Assembly: GCF_041146345.1 (NCBI RefSeq)
Contig: NW_027191417.1
Coordinates: forward strand, 930,001-994,000
Direction: 5' to 3'
DNA length: 64,000 bases
Source of the DNA: Neodothiora populina
Lineage: Eukaryota
Shown: positions 1-11,191 of the stretch, in pieces
Layout: the number at the start of each line of letters is the position of its first letter
Numbering within the stretch: position 1 is the stretch's first letter
Position numbers and translations under genes: made by a program
The notes under the pieces: generated by a model
What the model was told of the DNA's origin: nothing
Database searches by the model: none
The model's input: the letters and a program-made list of their open reading frames with translations, nothing else

Positions 1-27
1 TACCTGGTTAACCTCGCCCTTTGCCAT
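1..27 (-). CDS. First exon of a gene running off the left edge (MAKGEVNQ, then a GTA donor); possibly an Rtc3/SBDS-N-domain protein
   Basis: The minus strand reads caaaATG GCA AAG GGC GAG GTT AAC CAG|gta at the window edge, with a good start context and a pyrimidine-rich leader. The product guess rests on only 8 residues. Confidence 0.4.
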
Positions 28-337
28 TTTGTCTGAATGAAATGGGGTATTAAGGGAATAGAAGAGTGGAGAGTGTGTGTGATGGAGAGAACAGAGAGCA
101 ACTGGTTGAAAAAGGAAGAATTTGAGTAGGGAGCGACTGCGCTTGGGATGGTCCGTGCCATTCAACCTAGCGGCCGACGGGATTATTCGGGGCTCTAGCT
201 CCCGGTCGCTGCGTCTCGAACCCATACGTTGCTGTTTGTATTCCTAGCCGTGTGCTTCCAATCGTATTTCTTCCTTGTCGATATATCCTTCTTCGAACCA
301 TAGCACTCTGGCCTCAGAACACGAACAGCCATTGGCG

Positions 338-364
338 TGTTGTTGTTGTTGTTGTTGTTGTTGT
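338..364. repeat. (TGT/ACA)n microsatellite, ~9 units
   Basis: Direct reading of the sequence. Confidence 0.95.
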
Positions 365-968
365 GCTGTGACCGGCTTTTACCATGTGAAGTCGGCCAAT
401 GCCAAGACGTCATGCGCAAGCTGACCAGCTCCAACCACATCCGAGATTCATTAGGACCTTATCTACTTTTGCCTACATACCTCACTGTACCTTCGACCTT
501 TCTGGGGCAAGCAAGTCGCCTCGGCCGGCTAATGCTGAAGCAGAGGGGGTCAGCGCTCTCCCCAACTTTGGCTGTGCCGTCTCGTCTTCCGCTACGGATG
601 CCAAAAGCCAGCGCAACCTTGAAAAGCTTGCGGCACCACTGTACTATCTGTTATTTCCCTCGGCTTGACTTATCGATTGCTTTACCATGGACCACGTACG
701 CACTTCACTACATATCGATGTCAATGTCAACTGCCGTCAAAGAAATTATTTTTCGAATATGACAACAAATATTTAATAATAATGTCAATCGCGAAATACC
801 TCATCAACCGTACACCGAGAATTTTGGACCTATTCCTGTTTAGAGTGAGATCTACAGCTTGCTTCCGTTGATATGTTTGTCCAAGATTTGAGATTCCACT
901 TGACTCGCAGGACGGAAAAATTGCGACGGTCATCTGTCGACCGCATAAAGCGCTGATTCCACTGCTGG

Positions 969-998
969 TGTTGTTGTTGTTGTTGTTGTTGTTGTTGT
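969..998. repeat. (TGT/ACA)n microsatellite, ~10 units
   Basis: Direct reading of the sequence. Confidence 0.95.
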
Positions 999-2763
999 GT
1001 GTGCTCTACAACGTCGGTCTGATTCCTCACACCGCCGATGTGCAAAGTCAATGATCCTTTATCATCATAAAGTACATTGAGTATACGAGAATGTAACATC
1101 TTCGCAAATCTCCATGGCATACTGTGAGCTGTGTGTACTATGATTTGCAGTCGACACCGACACCAACACCAACATCAATAGAACCTAGGATCGATCATAC
1201 TTAATGCCAGATATCAAGGATTCAACACAGGTGCATGCAGATACATACTCAGCACGGGATATATCCCTTCTCAAGCCCTTCTCAGGGTGAGGTATGCCGC
1301 GTGTTATACGCCTTCAACGCGAAGATCAAGAATTGCTGTCGCCCGGTGTGTCGCAAGTAGCCACAAAGTAAAGCCACACATCTTCGATACAGAATTGCTT
1401 GAAGAACCTTTAGACCGAGTTCGAGTTTGCCACGAGGACCTATGAATATGTAAATATCACAGAGATAATAAAGAGTGTCGTACTATCGTTCCGCAGCTTC
1501 CGCATCCACCGAGTGCCCGGTCTATCTGAGGATTTGACCGTGCCTTCTGCTATAAGTGATAATCTCCTTGAGTACGTAGCACATCTTATTTTTATCAGAG
1601 CAGGACGAAATCACATGCGAGAATTTTTCTTTTGCCCCTGTGGCCACAGTACAATTGCGTGTACTACCTGTTGGCTCCAGTTTTCCGGCGGTGTCGTTGC
1701 CGCTTCAGCCATATCAGACAAATTCCTGACTGCACGGAACGTCACAGTGCGTACAACGGCGATGATCCGAGCCAGATACCTCAGTTTCAGCTACAGCTGC
1801 ATTCTACACAACAAACGAGATGAGTACAAGGAAGGTATCAAGATAATGAACGACTGTAGCTGAGATAATGATTTCGTGGATCACGATCTGACTCGCGATC
1901 TAAGCCGTCGATGCCGAGGCTGAGAGCCAAGACTCACCCGTCGGCAGAGAACTTCACACTTGCTTGTACGACACAGGACTTCGCGACCTAAATATAGGTA
2001 CAGTACCGTCCAAGTGTGTCCGGGAATGCTCCACAAGTCATGGGGAGACTTTGTTTCTTCAGTCAGTGAGGAACAGTCGAGGTCCATTGGCGAGACCGCC
2101 GTATGGTAGTCTATCCGAGATACAGCCTCGCGGCAGTTGTCCATACTACTATCACCAACAAGGCATCATGAGGATGATGACTATCAGGATCAGCCTCGTG
2201 ACCGAGGTGTAGTCAAGTCAGGTTCTTCGGATCTGGGTCATCCTTCGGTAGGAACGCTCAACACACAGATGAGACTATCACTGCTTGTATAGTAAATGTA
2301 GGTCCACTTTCACGACTGGTTTGCGGCCGCTTGTTCGCATGGTGGTCAATCGTATCAGAGCAAAAGGAAACACCTCATTCGGCTCGACCCCCGAGTATAC
2401 GAATTGTTCTTACCGCTTTATCTCCACAAAGTTCAAACGTTCAACTATTCACTAGTACATTGCCTTCCATTAAAGGATATCGTATTCCCCCGCTTCCAGA
2501 CGGTTGTCGTGAAGTCTTAGCAGTTCGCACTGACCTAAGACACCTACCCATCTCTTTTTTTGGAAATGACATCTACCTGATGCGCCTGAGCTAATATGCG
2601 GCCTTCCGCCACATGCTGGCAAGCCGCAGAATCCCTCCAGCTTCAACAAGGAATCTTACTCGTCTTTGTTTAGCCGGGTCCACTGTGTATCTTTGGTTGG
2701 TCGGCGACTCTCCCGCAAACACATAATCATCCACCGAGGCTTGGTGTTGGCTTTTGAGGGTGC

Positions 2764-3672
2764 ATGGATTCAAGTCGAGGTTTCCCCGATGAGTGGCAAT
2801 ATCACCATGCGCCAAGTTCTCGACTTCCATATTCAGGACCATGGGACACATCGAAGCCTTATCGTCCAAACATTGGGCGCCGGCGAACCGATCTCACGAA
2901 TTCCCGGCCCTCGGTTGTACATTATGACAATGACAACAGCATGACCATACCGGATCCATTATCACAACTCAAAGCAACTGGCATGACAGAACATAACCCC
3001 AATCTTCATGAGTCCCGGGTCACGAGAGGTCAATGGCGGCGGTCTGTACCTGGCGATAGTGTCTACAGAAGACGTGATAGGCAAAGCAGCACTACTTCTC
3101 AGGTTGAAATTTACAGGACAAGCGATCGCCATTTCTCTCCAGAACATGAACGACGCTCGGCTAGCCATCCAGGTATACGCAACAGGCGCCAGGACATCGA
3201 ACCTGTTGCGCTGTCATATCAAGAGTACAAGACTTCACCGATACGTGCGCAGTACTACGAGGAGCCGGCCTTCCGTGGTAATGCAGACTATCAGCTATTT
3301 GTAGAAGCGACTTTTGGCCTGGGTCCAGACTTCCCACGCACCTACAGGACATCGTTTTCCGCGCCCGAGGACGATCAAGGGACAGTCCATGTCGACCATC
3401 TAGGGAGTGACGCTTCACAGTATGCAACGCAGTACTCCACTCCCCAGGTTTCCCAGCAGTCGTTCCATGAGTCATCTCACGCTTCAGATCCGTTTGGGTA
3501 CGATGATGGTTATGCCAGTGTCGCTAGCCCGCATGAATCGCACAGAAACTCGTCGGACGATGAGTTGCCCGACTACGAAGAGAGTCAAGCGCAAATGGAA
3601 CAGCAGGCGCGAAGTGCAGCTATGCGACGAGCCCAAGAATTACAGCGAAGATGGCGGATCGCAAATCCGTGA
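2764..3672 (+). CDS. Hypothetical disordered protein, 302 aa, with C-terminal motif DDELPDYEESQ...RRAQELQRRW
   Basis: Uninterrupted ATG ORF with S/R/P-rich composition, an LPxY-type motif and a helical C-terminal tail of a kind seen in filamentous-fungal hypothetical proteins. Confidence 0.65.
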   Translation: MDSSRGFPDEWQYHHAPSSRLPYSGPWDTSKPYRPNIGRRRTDLTNSRPSVVHYDNDNSMTIPDPLSQLKATGMTEHNPNLHESRVTRGQWRRSVPGDSVYRRRDRQSSTTSQVEIYRTSDRHFSPEHERRSASHPGIRNRRQDIEPVALSYQEYKTSPIRAQYYEEPAFRGNADYQLFVEATFGLGPDFPRTYRTSFSAPEDDQGTVHVDHLGSDASQYATQYSTPQVSQQSFHESSHASDPFGYDDGYASVASPHESHRNSSDDELPDYEESQAQMEQQARSAAMRRAQELQRRWRIANP

Positions 3673-4479
3673 CAGAAGACATGTAGTGAGGGAAATGTGA
3701 ACTACATTTCGACGTCACTTATACTATTAACGACGGCAACGGCAGACGTAATAATTGACAGTCTCGCCACTCAACCTCCCAGTCACCCACTGGCACGGCG
3801 CATAGTTGCCACTTTTTAAAAGGGTCTTACCTGCTATGGAATGAGCCCAAGCAGGATGCCACCCCCTCTTAAGGACGGATCGAATTCGTTCCGTCGACAT
3901 GTGACACGAGAATTTGCGTCAGTCGACAAGCAAGAGCTACGAGGGTCTGTAACGGAGCAGGCTCCCTTGCGATACAGTACCGAGCGAGAAAATAATGCAA
4001 GCCATCGTCGAAAGAGCTTCAACGATGTTTGAACCTTGCTTCTGTTATGTTGTTTGCATTGATGGGGACGGCCACGCCAGCGGACTGAAGAATTTCAGAA
4101 CTTGCTGAGAAGAGGCGATGACGGAGGGGTAATTTGGGGGTATTAGATGGTATCTGGTGTCTTGTAATATATTTATATTGCCAACTTCTTGTGGCGGGGT
4201 CTGGGTTCGCCTGTGCTTTTGTTATGCTGTCTCATGCTTGACGCAAGCTCATGTGGTGCTTGCCCTCTATTCTTTCGGTTGAAGCCAAGTTGTTGTGCCC
4301 AGAGGAGATGTAGTTGGAGGATCTCTCCGCGCTTCGTTCCTGTCGCTCGGCAGCCTGGGGGAGGAGGCAGTAACGCTGCGATGGCAAGCCAGGAGACACT
4401 CACTCCAATGGCTGACGTTTCATGTCCATGGTCATACACATCGTCTAATGCAAACCACTACGATGTATGCAGTACCTCT

Positions 4480-5364
4480 TCATCCATCTCGCCGTATGCC
4501 GAAGAAATAATTCCCCCACGAAGCACTTCCATTAACCTCCTTCCAGCCCACACCAGGGACATAGACAACACCCATAGTGACCGGCTGACTCCAGCCCTTC
4601 TGCTTCGCCGCCCACGCCTTCATCTCATCGACATTGATGTATTGATTCCAATTATGCGTGCCCTTAGGAACAACCCCCATGAGATCCTCAGCGGCAAAGA
4701 TCGTCGTCGCCCAACTCGTCCACGTGCGGCTCATCGTGCTCATGATCAGCCATCCACCGGGCTTAACGTGCGGCAGACAATGCTCGAGGAACGGCCCCGG
4801 CTGCTCGATATGCTCTATGACCTCGAACAACGACAGAACATCGACGCCGGCACGGGCGTCTGTCGGCACCGGCAGGTTCTCGATCGCGGTATTGAGGTAT
4901 GTCAGGCGTCCGGGCTCCATCAGCGTCGGGTCGGTGCGCTGATGCTGGCGCGCGACGGCGAGGACTTGCGACGTCGGGTCAATGGCTACCACGGACTCGG
5001 TGGTCGGCAGGCGAGCGGCGGACTCGGCGAAGATGCCGCCGCCGCAGCCGATGTCTAGGTACTTGAGTTTGGACTGCGTGGGTTGTTGTTGTTCGTTGGT
5101 GGTGGCTTTGCATCGCTGGATGAAGGTGTGTCGTAGGGGGTTCATGAGGTGCAGTATTCGTGATGGACCGTGGGGATCCCACCACGATGAGGCCAGGCTG
5201 GAGAAATGTGACATTTCCGTCTCCGACACTGTTGATGCTGGGCCGCCACTTGGTATCCGAGCAGTCGTGGTGAAGCAGCGGCATGTGGAGTAAGAGGTGA
5301 CGATTCGCCTCGAAGGCAAGAAGACGGCGACGCGCAGCGCGCGTGAGAGCATCTTTGCGCTCAT
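4480..5364 (-). CDS. COQ3: Ubiquinone biosynthesis O-methyltransferase, mitochondrial
   Basis: Motifs SHFSSLASSWWDPHGPSRILHLMNPLR, SAM motif I YLDIGCGGGIFAES, FEVIEH, KPGGW and VPKGTHNW. The Arg/Ser-rich N-terminus resembles a mitochondrial presequence. Confidence 0.95.
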   Translation of the reverse strand: MSAKMLSRALRVAVFLPSRRIVTSYSTCRCFTTTARIPSGGPASTVSETEMSHFSSLASSWWDPHGPSRILHLMNPLRHTFIQRCKATTNEQQQPTQSKLKYLDIGCGGGIFAESAARLPTTESVVAIDPTSQVLAVARQHQRTDPTLMEPGRLTYLNTAIENLPVPTDARAGVDVLSLFEVIEHIEQPGPFLEHCLPHVKPGGWLIMSTMSRTWTSWATTIFAAEDLMGVVPKGTHNWNQYINVDEMKAWAAKQKGWSQPVTMGVVYVPGVGWKEVNGSASWGNYFFGIRRDG

Positions 5365-5869
5365 GGAGATATGTAGTTTCTTGTCTTGTGTATATGTGTC
5401 TTGGTACCTTTGTGACCTCGACTGCTTTGAGTGGAGGAAGATAGAGTGTTAGTAATGGATTATGGTTATAACAGCATCATCGACAACTACTAATGCGAAC
5501 ACAGCTTCGACTTTATTTATAATCACGATTAGATTAGATGAGATAGGATGTACTCCGGTAGATCCTCCAATCTAAAATCCGCTGCGTCCGTAGTCCATGA
5601 ACAGCTTCACGGAATGTAGAGAAATAAGGGAAACTGCAGCAGCGTAGCGAAAGGATCGAATTAGGTATTACGACTCTCGCGTGTGTTGAATCGGGTTGCT
5701 TTCTATCGTCCTACAAAGTCCTTTCCATGTCCCTGTCAGCGACGTGCTAGACACGTCTCGTAACATGGAACCCCCATCGAGCCTGACCTGTGCATGTTAC
5801 TATAGCATCATAACTTTCATGAACCTTCTCTAGCCTTTCCCGCTGTATGCTACATTTGATGCACTGGGT

Positions 5870-7717
5870 CTAGCCGTCTTTTATCAACGCCTTTACAGCG
5901 TCCACGCCTGCCGCTTGACTGAGTTTCTGAACCAGAAGTGCGTTCTCGCGTTGGAGCTCTTCGTACTGCTGCAAAATCGTCGTGTTCTGCTTCTTGAGTG
6001 CATCGACCTGGTCTCTGAAGTCATCCCGTTCGCGGGACACGCGGGACATGGCTTCGTGGTCAAGGTTTTTCTGCTGTTTCTTCTCGGCCTTCCTCTTCTC
6101 CTTCTCCTTCTTCGACTCGATCTTGGCCAACTCTTTCTTGCGCTTTGCCTCAAGCTTCTTGACCTCCTTGTCGTGCTTCTCCTTGGCCTTCTTGAGGTCG
6201 GAATCATCCTTGTGGTGCACTGCTTTCAGCTTCTCGTCCTCTGCCTCTTTCTTCTTTGTAATCTTCTGGTCCAGCTTTTCCCGCTGCAGCTCCAGTTTCC
6301 TAAGCTCCTTGTCCGTATGGGGTAGATTTCTGGTGCTAGGTGTATCGCCGATCGATGCACTTGACATGTTGAGTGTGTCCGTGGACGCTCTAACGCCTGC
6401 CACTTCTGGCACACCTGCTGCTTGTGGCGTTGGGTATGTTGGACGTTCTTGGGCGGATGCGAAAGAGGAAGAGTCGTCAGATGATGAGTCAGATGAAGAA
6501 TCATCCTCATCTTCTTGGTGCATATAGTTGTGAGTGTACGTGGCAATAGGAGCCGGCGCATAGGCTTCGATGCCAGCTCCGATGGCATTCGTGATGGAGC
6601 TGAACATTCCACCTTGTGCTTCCTGTGCGTGTGCTTGGGCAGGCGATTTGGTCGTTGCCGCATTGTTCGTCTCCTGTGACGCTGAGGATTGCTGGATGTG
6701 CTTGGCTTGAGCGGCTTTCTGCTCCTCTTCGTCGTCGTCGGGACCGGGTATCTCGCCCTTTGCGCATGCCCAGTTCAGAAACTTGACGGCATCGCCACAA
6801 ATGCTCCCTGGAGTACCGCGCTCGACCAAGAAGCGCGGGATACCACCGCCAGGATCACTGCGTGTAATCATGATCCACTCGACCGGATTGACCTCCTGCT
6901 CTTTCGATGAGTCCTTATCGTCGCCAGTTGGCTTTGTGTGGATTGGGATTTCACGGATAAGTTCAACGGATTCGTAGTATCCTCTGATGTATCCGCTTCG
7001 TTCGGGAGCGTCGGGGTGGTTGCATGGCTTTGAGACGACCATGTAATGCCTCGGAAGGCGTTTGTGACCCTCGCGCTCCTGGGAGCTTTTCTCCGTCAAT
7101 GCCTCTTCGCTCGTTGAGAGCAGCGTGATGAATTCTCTGGGTGTGGTGGGCCCCGGAAATTGAGCACTGAGCTGATAGACTTCCAGCTGACCCACTCCAT
7201 CCACCTTCTTCCTTTCTAGCCGTTGGTCACCACCTATACCTCGAACGTTGCCCTCTCCAGGTCCTCCTTGGACAGCGAGAGACTCGGCGAATTCCCTCTG
7301 CATAGCCTTCTTGAACTTGGTGAAGGAAATACCCTCATGAACACTTCTGCGGCCAAACCAGGCACCATTCCTGTCCTTTCCAGCCATCTTGTAAACACTA
7401 ATACCCAACGGGTTCTCTTTCGCGCCGACCTTGAGGGGTTTCCCCCATGCTTTCTGTAAGTCTGCGTGATCTGGGTGTGGAGGAGCGGCTCGCGCTTCAG
7501 ACGCGACAATCTCCTGAGCATTCGATGCGCTGTCCGGCTCTGCGTGTACAGGCTTGGCTTCAGCAAAGTCAACACCTCCAGCAGGAGGCGGTACAGAGTC
7601 GCATATTATCTCGCCAGCGTCGAATATTTGTCGTAAAAAGGGCTCGAGGTTGTCGACGGGCACGTCAGACCATTCTACAGGACTGAGCATCTGCAAAGCT
7701 TGGTGTAACTCCGCCAT
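5870..7717 (-). CDS. DUF3074 (START/SRPBCC-like) domain protein with C-terminal Lys/Glu coiled coil
   Basis: 615-aa intronless ORF with motifs WFGRRSVH, FPGPTTPREF, GYYESVE and VEWIMITRSDPGGGIPRF. Confidence 0.85.
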   Translation of the reverse strand: MAELHQALQMLSPVEWSDVPVDNLEPFLRQIFDAGEIICDSVPPPAGGVDFAEAKPVHAEPDSASNAQEIVASEARAAPPHPDHADLQKAWGKPLKVGAKENPLGISVYKMAGKDRNGAWFGRRSVHEGISFTKFKKAMQREFAESLAVQGGPGEGNVRGIGGDQRLERKKVDGVGQLEVYQLSAQFPGPTTPREFITLLSTSEEALTEKSSQEREGHKRLPRHYMVVSKPCNHPDAPERSGYIRGYYESVELIREIPIHTKPTGDDKDSSKEQEVNPVEWIMITRSDPGGGIPRFLVERGTPGSICGDAVKFLNWACAKGEIPGPDDDEEEQKAAQAKHIQQSSASQETNNAATTKSPAQAHAQEAQGGMFSSITNAIGAGIEAYAPAPIATYTHNYMHQEDEDDSSSDSSSDDSSSFASAQERPTYPTPQAAGVPEVAGVRASTDTLNMSSASIGDTPSTRNLPHTDKELRKLELQREKLDQKITKKKEAEDEKLKAVHHKDDSDLKKAKEKHDKEVKKLEAKRKKELAKIESKKEKEKRKAEKKQQKNLDHEAMSRVSRERDDFRDQVDALKKQNTTILQQYEELQRENALLVQKLSQAAGVDAVKALIKDG

Positions 7718-8705
7718 TGTTCAGGTGCTTGATGGCAGCAATACTGTTACAGCCAGGCGGTGGGACGAGGGAAACTGCAAGACGTAACAGCAGGAGTGAA
7801 GAGATGGCGTCACTAGTCGTCTTGAAGAGAAGAGAGCGACGATGGAGCACTCGGTCTATAGGTCTTTGACGCACGGTACGGACTTGTTTCGAAGCAATGA
7901 GATACTCGAACAGTAGATATAGATGGAAGATGGTAGTGTGAGGAACAAAACTGAGAATCCGATTCATCCGAATGGCAATGACAAAATCCCCATTGGTGTA
8001 TCAAGAATGAAGTCACGGGAAGTTGGCGTGTGCAAGGAAGGCCGTGTAGCGCGCATTGGAGATGATGCTATTGTCCAACTCTAAAAACACATCGCCCCTT
8101 ACCTCCTCTTTTCCCCGCTATGCCTCAGGGCATATTTCATACCTGTAAAAGTGTCCATATGGACAATGAATTCCAATTCAATGACGTGCGCTAGGAACAC
8201 TTCGTAGAGTGGAGGCGGCACGGTTGGAGTCAGGCCCATTCATTCTTAGCAAGGATCTACGTCATGGTCTGTATTTGTACTGCATAATCAAGCTTGACTT
8301 CGAATGCTCAATCTATTTCAGACAAGCCCGAATACCAAGCTTTGATCGCCGGCATTTGCTCGAAATATCTCTCCGTGACTTGCTTTTTCAGATGCAGTAT
8401 TACTCGAAGCCTTAATCTTCCATTTCTCAGTCATGGTTAAGTGTTGCTTCCATGCGGATGTTTATCCAAAGAAAAGGCTGCCGTTCAAATAGAGCGATGG
8501 TGAACATATCGTTGTGACGACCAGTCGTCATCGAACAAGTGTACAAGGCGGCGGCATAATTCAACGTACGCTTCACGGATTTACTTTCCGATCGCAAATG
8601 TCGATGTCATCCAGTACAATGTATAACCACCCAAGAGACCTCCACCTTCGAGACCACGCCAAATGTCTCAGTTCGTATTGTCTTCCAGAAGCTCGTTCAT
8701 GCCCC

Positions 8706-9179
8706 TCAGGCCTCAAGCAAGCCTGGTAGGTTCTCTTTTATGTACTCGACCACAGCGTCAGGCCCTCTCTCCACCTGTAGCCCTTGTGGAAGGGAAAACG
8801 TCTTCAGATTGGGTACGATGCTCCTAGCCTCTGCTATGATTTGTTGACTTTGCTCTGGGGTCCACATTGATGCCGTGAACTGTTTATGCGTCAGCACATT
8901 GTCTTGCTATAGGAAAGCCTTCTGCATACAAGCATGTCTGGTTTGTGCTCTTCTACCACTGCGCGTACCTGCTCTTGGCCTATATAGCACCCAGAGATCA
9001 GTATCCTTCAGACGTATTCATCAAGACAACATGATCTTACTGTCAGCATTGCCGGCGTGGATGATGTTGTATTGATCTTTGACATCCTCGACAACCCGAC
9101 CAATCAGCCGCTTTGCCCGCTCGGGAGCTGTGTTGACGGTAACGAGCTTGAATGGTCCCAGAGGTTGCTTGCCTGACAT
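8706..9179 (-). CDS. Small uncharacterised protein (~120 aa), 3 exons
   Basis: Manual splice: MSGKQPLGPFKLVTVNTAPERAKRLIGRVVEDVKDQYNIIHAGNAD (exon 9179-9041, gtaaga donor) / SQEQVRAVVEEHKPDML (from 8979, gtatgc donor) / FTASMWTPEQSQQIIAEARSIVPNLKTFSLPQGLQVERGPDAVVEYIKENLPGLLEA*. Both introns have CTGAY branch points and preserve frame. A TATA-like element lies at about 9241-9250. Confidence 0.85.
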
Positions 9180-9337
9180 TTTGAACGGCTTCTAGAGAAT
9201 GTGATCTGAGAGGCAAGGACTATACTCTACGAATAGCACTTATACATATATCTGTTGAAGAGGCCGGGATCGGGACCACATACACCGCATCTCGCTTCTG
9301 CAAGAGCGCTACCTTGGGAGAAATGCAAAGGCCACTG

Positions 9338-9721
9338 CCCCACGCACTGATCGTGAAGGTTTCCAGGTACAGAACAAGTACCTCGTCGTATCTGGAGTAA
9401 TTAGGGCTAGTTTGGTCACGGTATGAGTTCGTCCTTCCCTAAACAGATCGAATCCAGATTATTAAAGAATCGATCCACAGTAGAATGTTCTCACCGTCCT
9501 AAGATCTACACTACTCTGACGGCGCTTGCTTCAGATCAGGTTATAAGGAACCTGATGGCCTGATCCACAAGCACTCGCCCACAATCGTCGGTACAACCAT
9601 CCTTGAAGAAATCCAGACAGTGTCTCGGTGCAGCGAGGGCCCGGGTCCCTCCCCAGATTCTGCTTCCGGCCGACGGCTCTTCCCCACATCCTGCATCAGG
9701 GCTTCCCCACTGAATGTGGGG
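9338..9721. promoter_or_regulatory. Cluster of SYGGRG sites in the divergent promoter, including inverted pair TCCCCAC-tgaat-GTGGGGA (9704-9722)
   Basis: CCCCAC 9338, CTGGAG 9392, CCCCAG 9651, CCCCAC 9682, CCCCAC 9705 and GTGGGG 9716 all match the CreA/Adr1-type C2H2 consensus. Confidence 0.45.
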
Positions 9722-9984
9722 ATTGCTCAGGGCACCCGACATCAGAGTTCGAGCCGATAATCACAACACGATCTGCCCAATTCACGGCATGGCAGATGGA
9801 TGCGGGACCTGACTATGCGATCTCGGCGGTGTTGGGTCGGTATCTGTATAAGGTGGGATAATTATTTCTGGCTTGGGAATTGTGACTTTTTCTTGTGTTG
9901 TCATTGAGCTTTGATTTGATTATTGAGGTCTATGTTTATACATACCTTGCGGTCGACTACATTGATTTATTCATTCACCACATT

Positions 9985-10977
9985 ATGACTTTCAGCCGTC
10001 TGGTTCGATTCGTGCCTGTTGGCAAGCCGGATGCCATCTTCATCGGAGAACCTGTTGACTCAGACGCTGATATCGGACTTGCCACATATCAAGGACGACA
10101 GCCGGAAGTGCGAGTGTATAGTGGCGAGTCGGCGTTGAATCCTGGATCGCTCACGGACAAGGTAGAGAAGATAGAAAGCGTGCTGGCTCCCCTTGCGCAA
10201 GAAGAAGTTGGCACTGTAAGATGCATCGGGTTGAATGTACGTTCTTTGAACACTCCATGTCCAGTGGCCTCTATGCTCATATCCATCGTAGTACAAGCAA
10301 CATGCAGAAGAAGTCAAGATGTCGCCGCCACCCGAGCCAGTCCTGTTCTTGAAGCCTTCGACCTCCTTGGCAGATCCATACCCTCAACCAACAATCATTC
10401 CCAAATTTACCGTCCAGGACGACACCGCAGACTATGAATCAGAACTTGCAGTCATCATATTCAAGAGGTGTAAGAACGTGTCCGAGGCAGATGCCATGGA
10501 CTACGTTTTGGGTTACACAGCTGCCAACGATGTGTCAAGTCGCAAGAGTCAGTTCTCACAAAGCCAATGGTGCTTCAGCAAGGGATTCGATGGCTCTTGC
10601 CCTATTGGACCCGTCCTGGCCTCTACTTCCCTCATACCCGATCCGAGCAAGCTGCGCATCCGGGGATTGAAGAACGGGAAGACTATGCAGGACTGCGGGA
10701 TAGAGTAAGTAGCCCTTCGTCATGGATAGGCACATCAAAAACGCAGATGGCTGACACATAGCTCGATAGCGATCTCATCTTTGATATCCCAAGAATAGTC
10801 AGCTTCTGCTCTCAAGGTACAACTCTGACTCCAGGTACCGTCATAATCACTGGAACCCCCGCTGGAGTTGGCGCAGGGAAGACCCCTCCAGAGTATCTTC
10901 GTTCCGGTGATGAGTTTGCTGTTGAGATCCTGCCGCATATCGGTACTCTGATCACGCGATTCAAGTCTGAGCAATAG
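9985..10977 (+). CDS. Fumarylacetoacetate-hydrolase (FAH/FAHD) superfamily protein, 3 exons
   Basis: Motifs RCIGLN/YKQH, PVLFLKP, DYESELAVI, GYTAANDVSSR, KGFDGSCPIGP and GTVIITGTPAGVG. Introns lie at about 10237-10291 and 10705-10769. Confidence 0.93.
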
Positions 10978-11191
10978 ACAGCCTGTAGCTTCAATAGAAA
11001 TGTCGTGACCACTTCCGATGCTTCATCACCATAGTGGGGTGTGAATTTATGGTTGTTCGAGGCTAATGCCCGTACACCTAATGTGGCGGCAGAGCCCTTG
11101 CCTCATAACATGTATCCGTATTAGCTGTCTTGAAGAAGTTTCGCCTGAAGTGCAATACTTGCTACTACATATGGCATTTAATTGTCGTCGA

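Noticed and set aside
195..1120. ORFs with poly-Asn, poly-Leu or poly-Gln
   Set aside because: These are translations of the two (GTT)n microsatellites in several frames, with no other coding signal.
3841..4032. 63-aa ATG ORF between the 302-aa gene and COQ3
   Set aside because: It has no motif or splice link and probably lies in 3' UTR or intergenic DNA.
4189..5058. 289-aa + strand ORF
   Set aside because: It is an antisense shadow of GC3-rich COQ3, has a non-ATG start and contains no recognisable motif.
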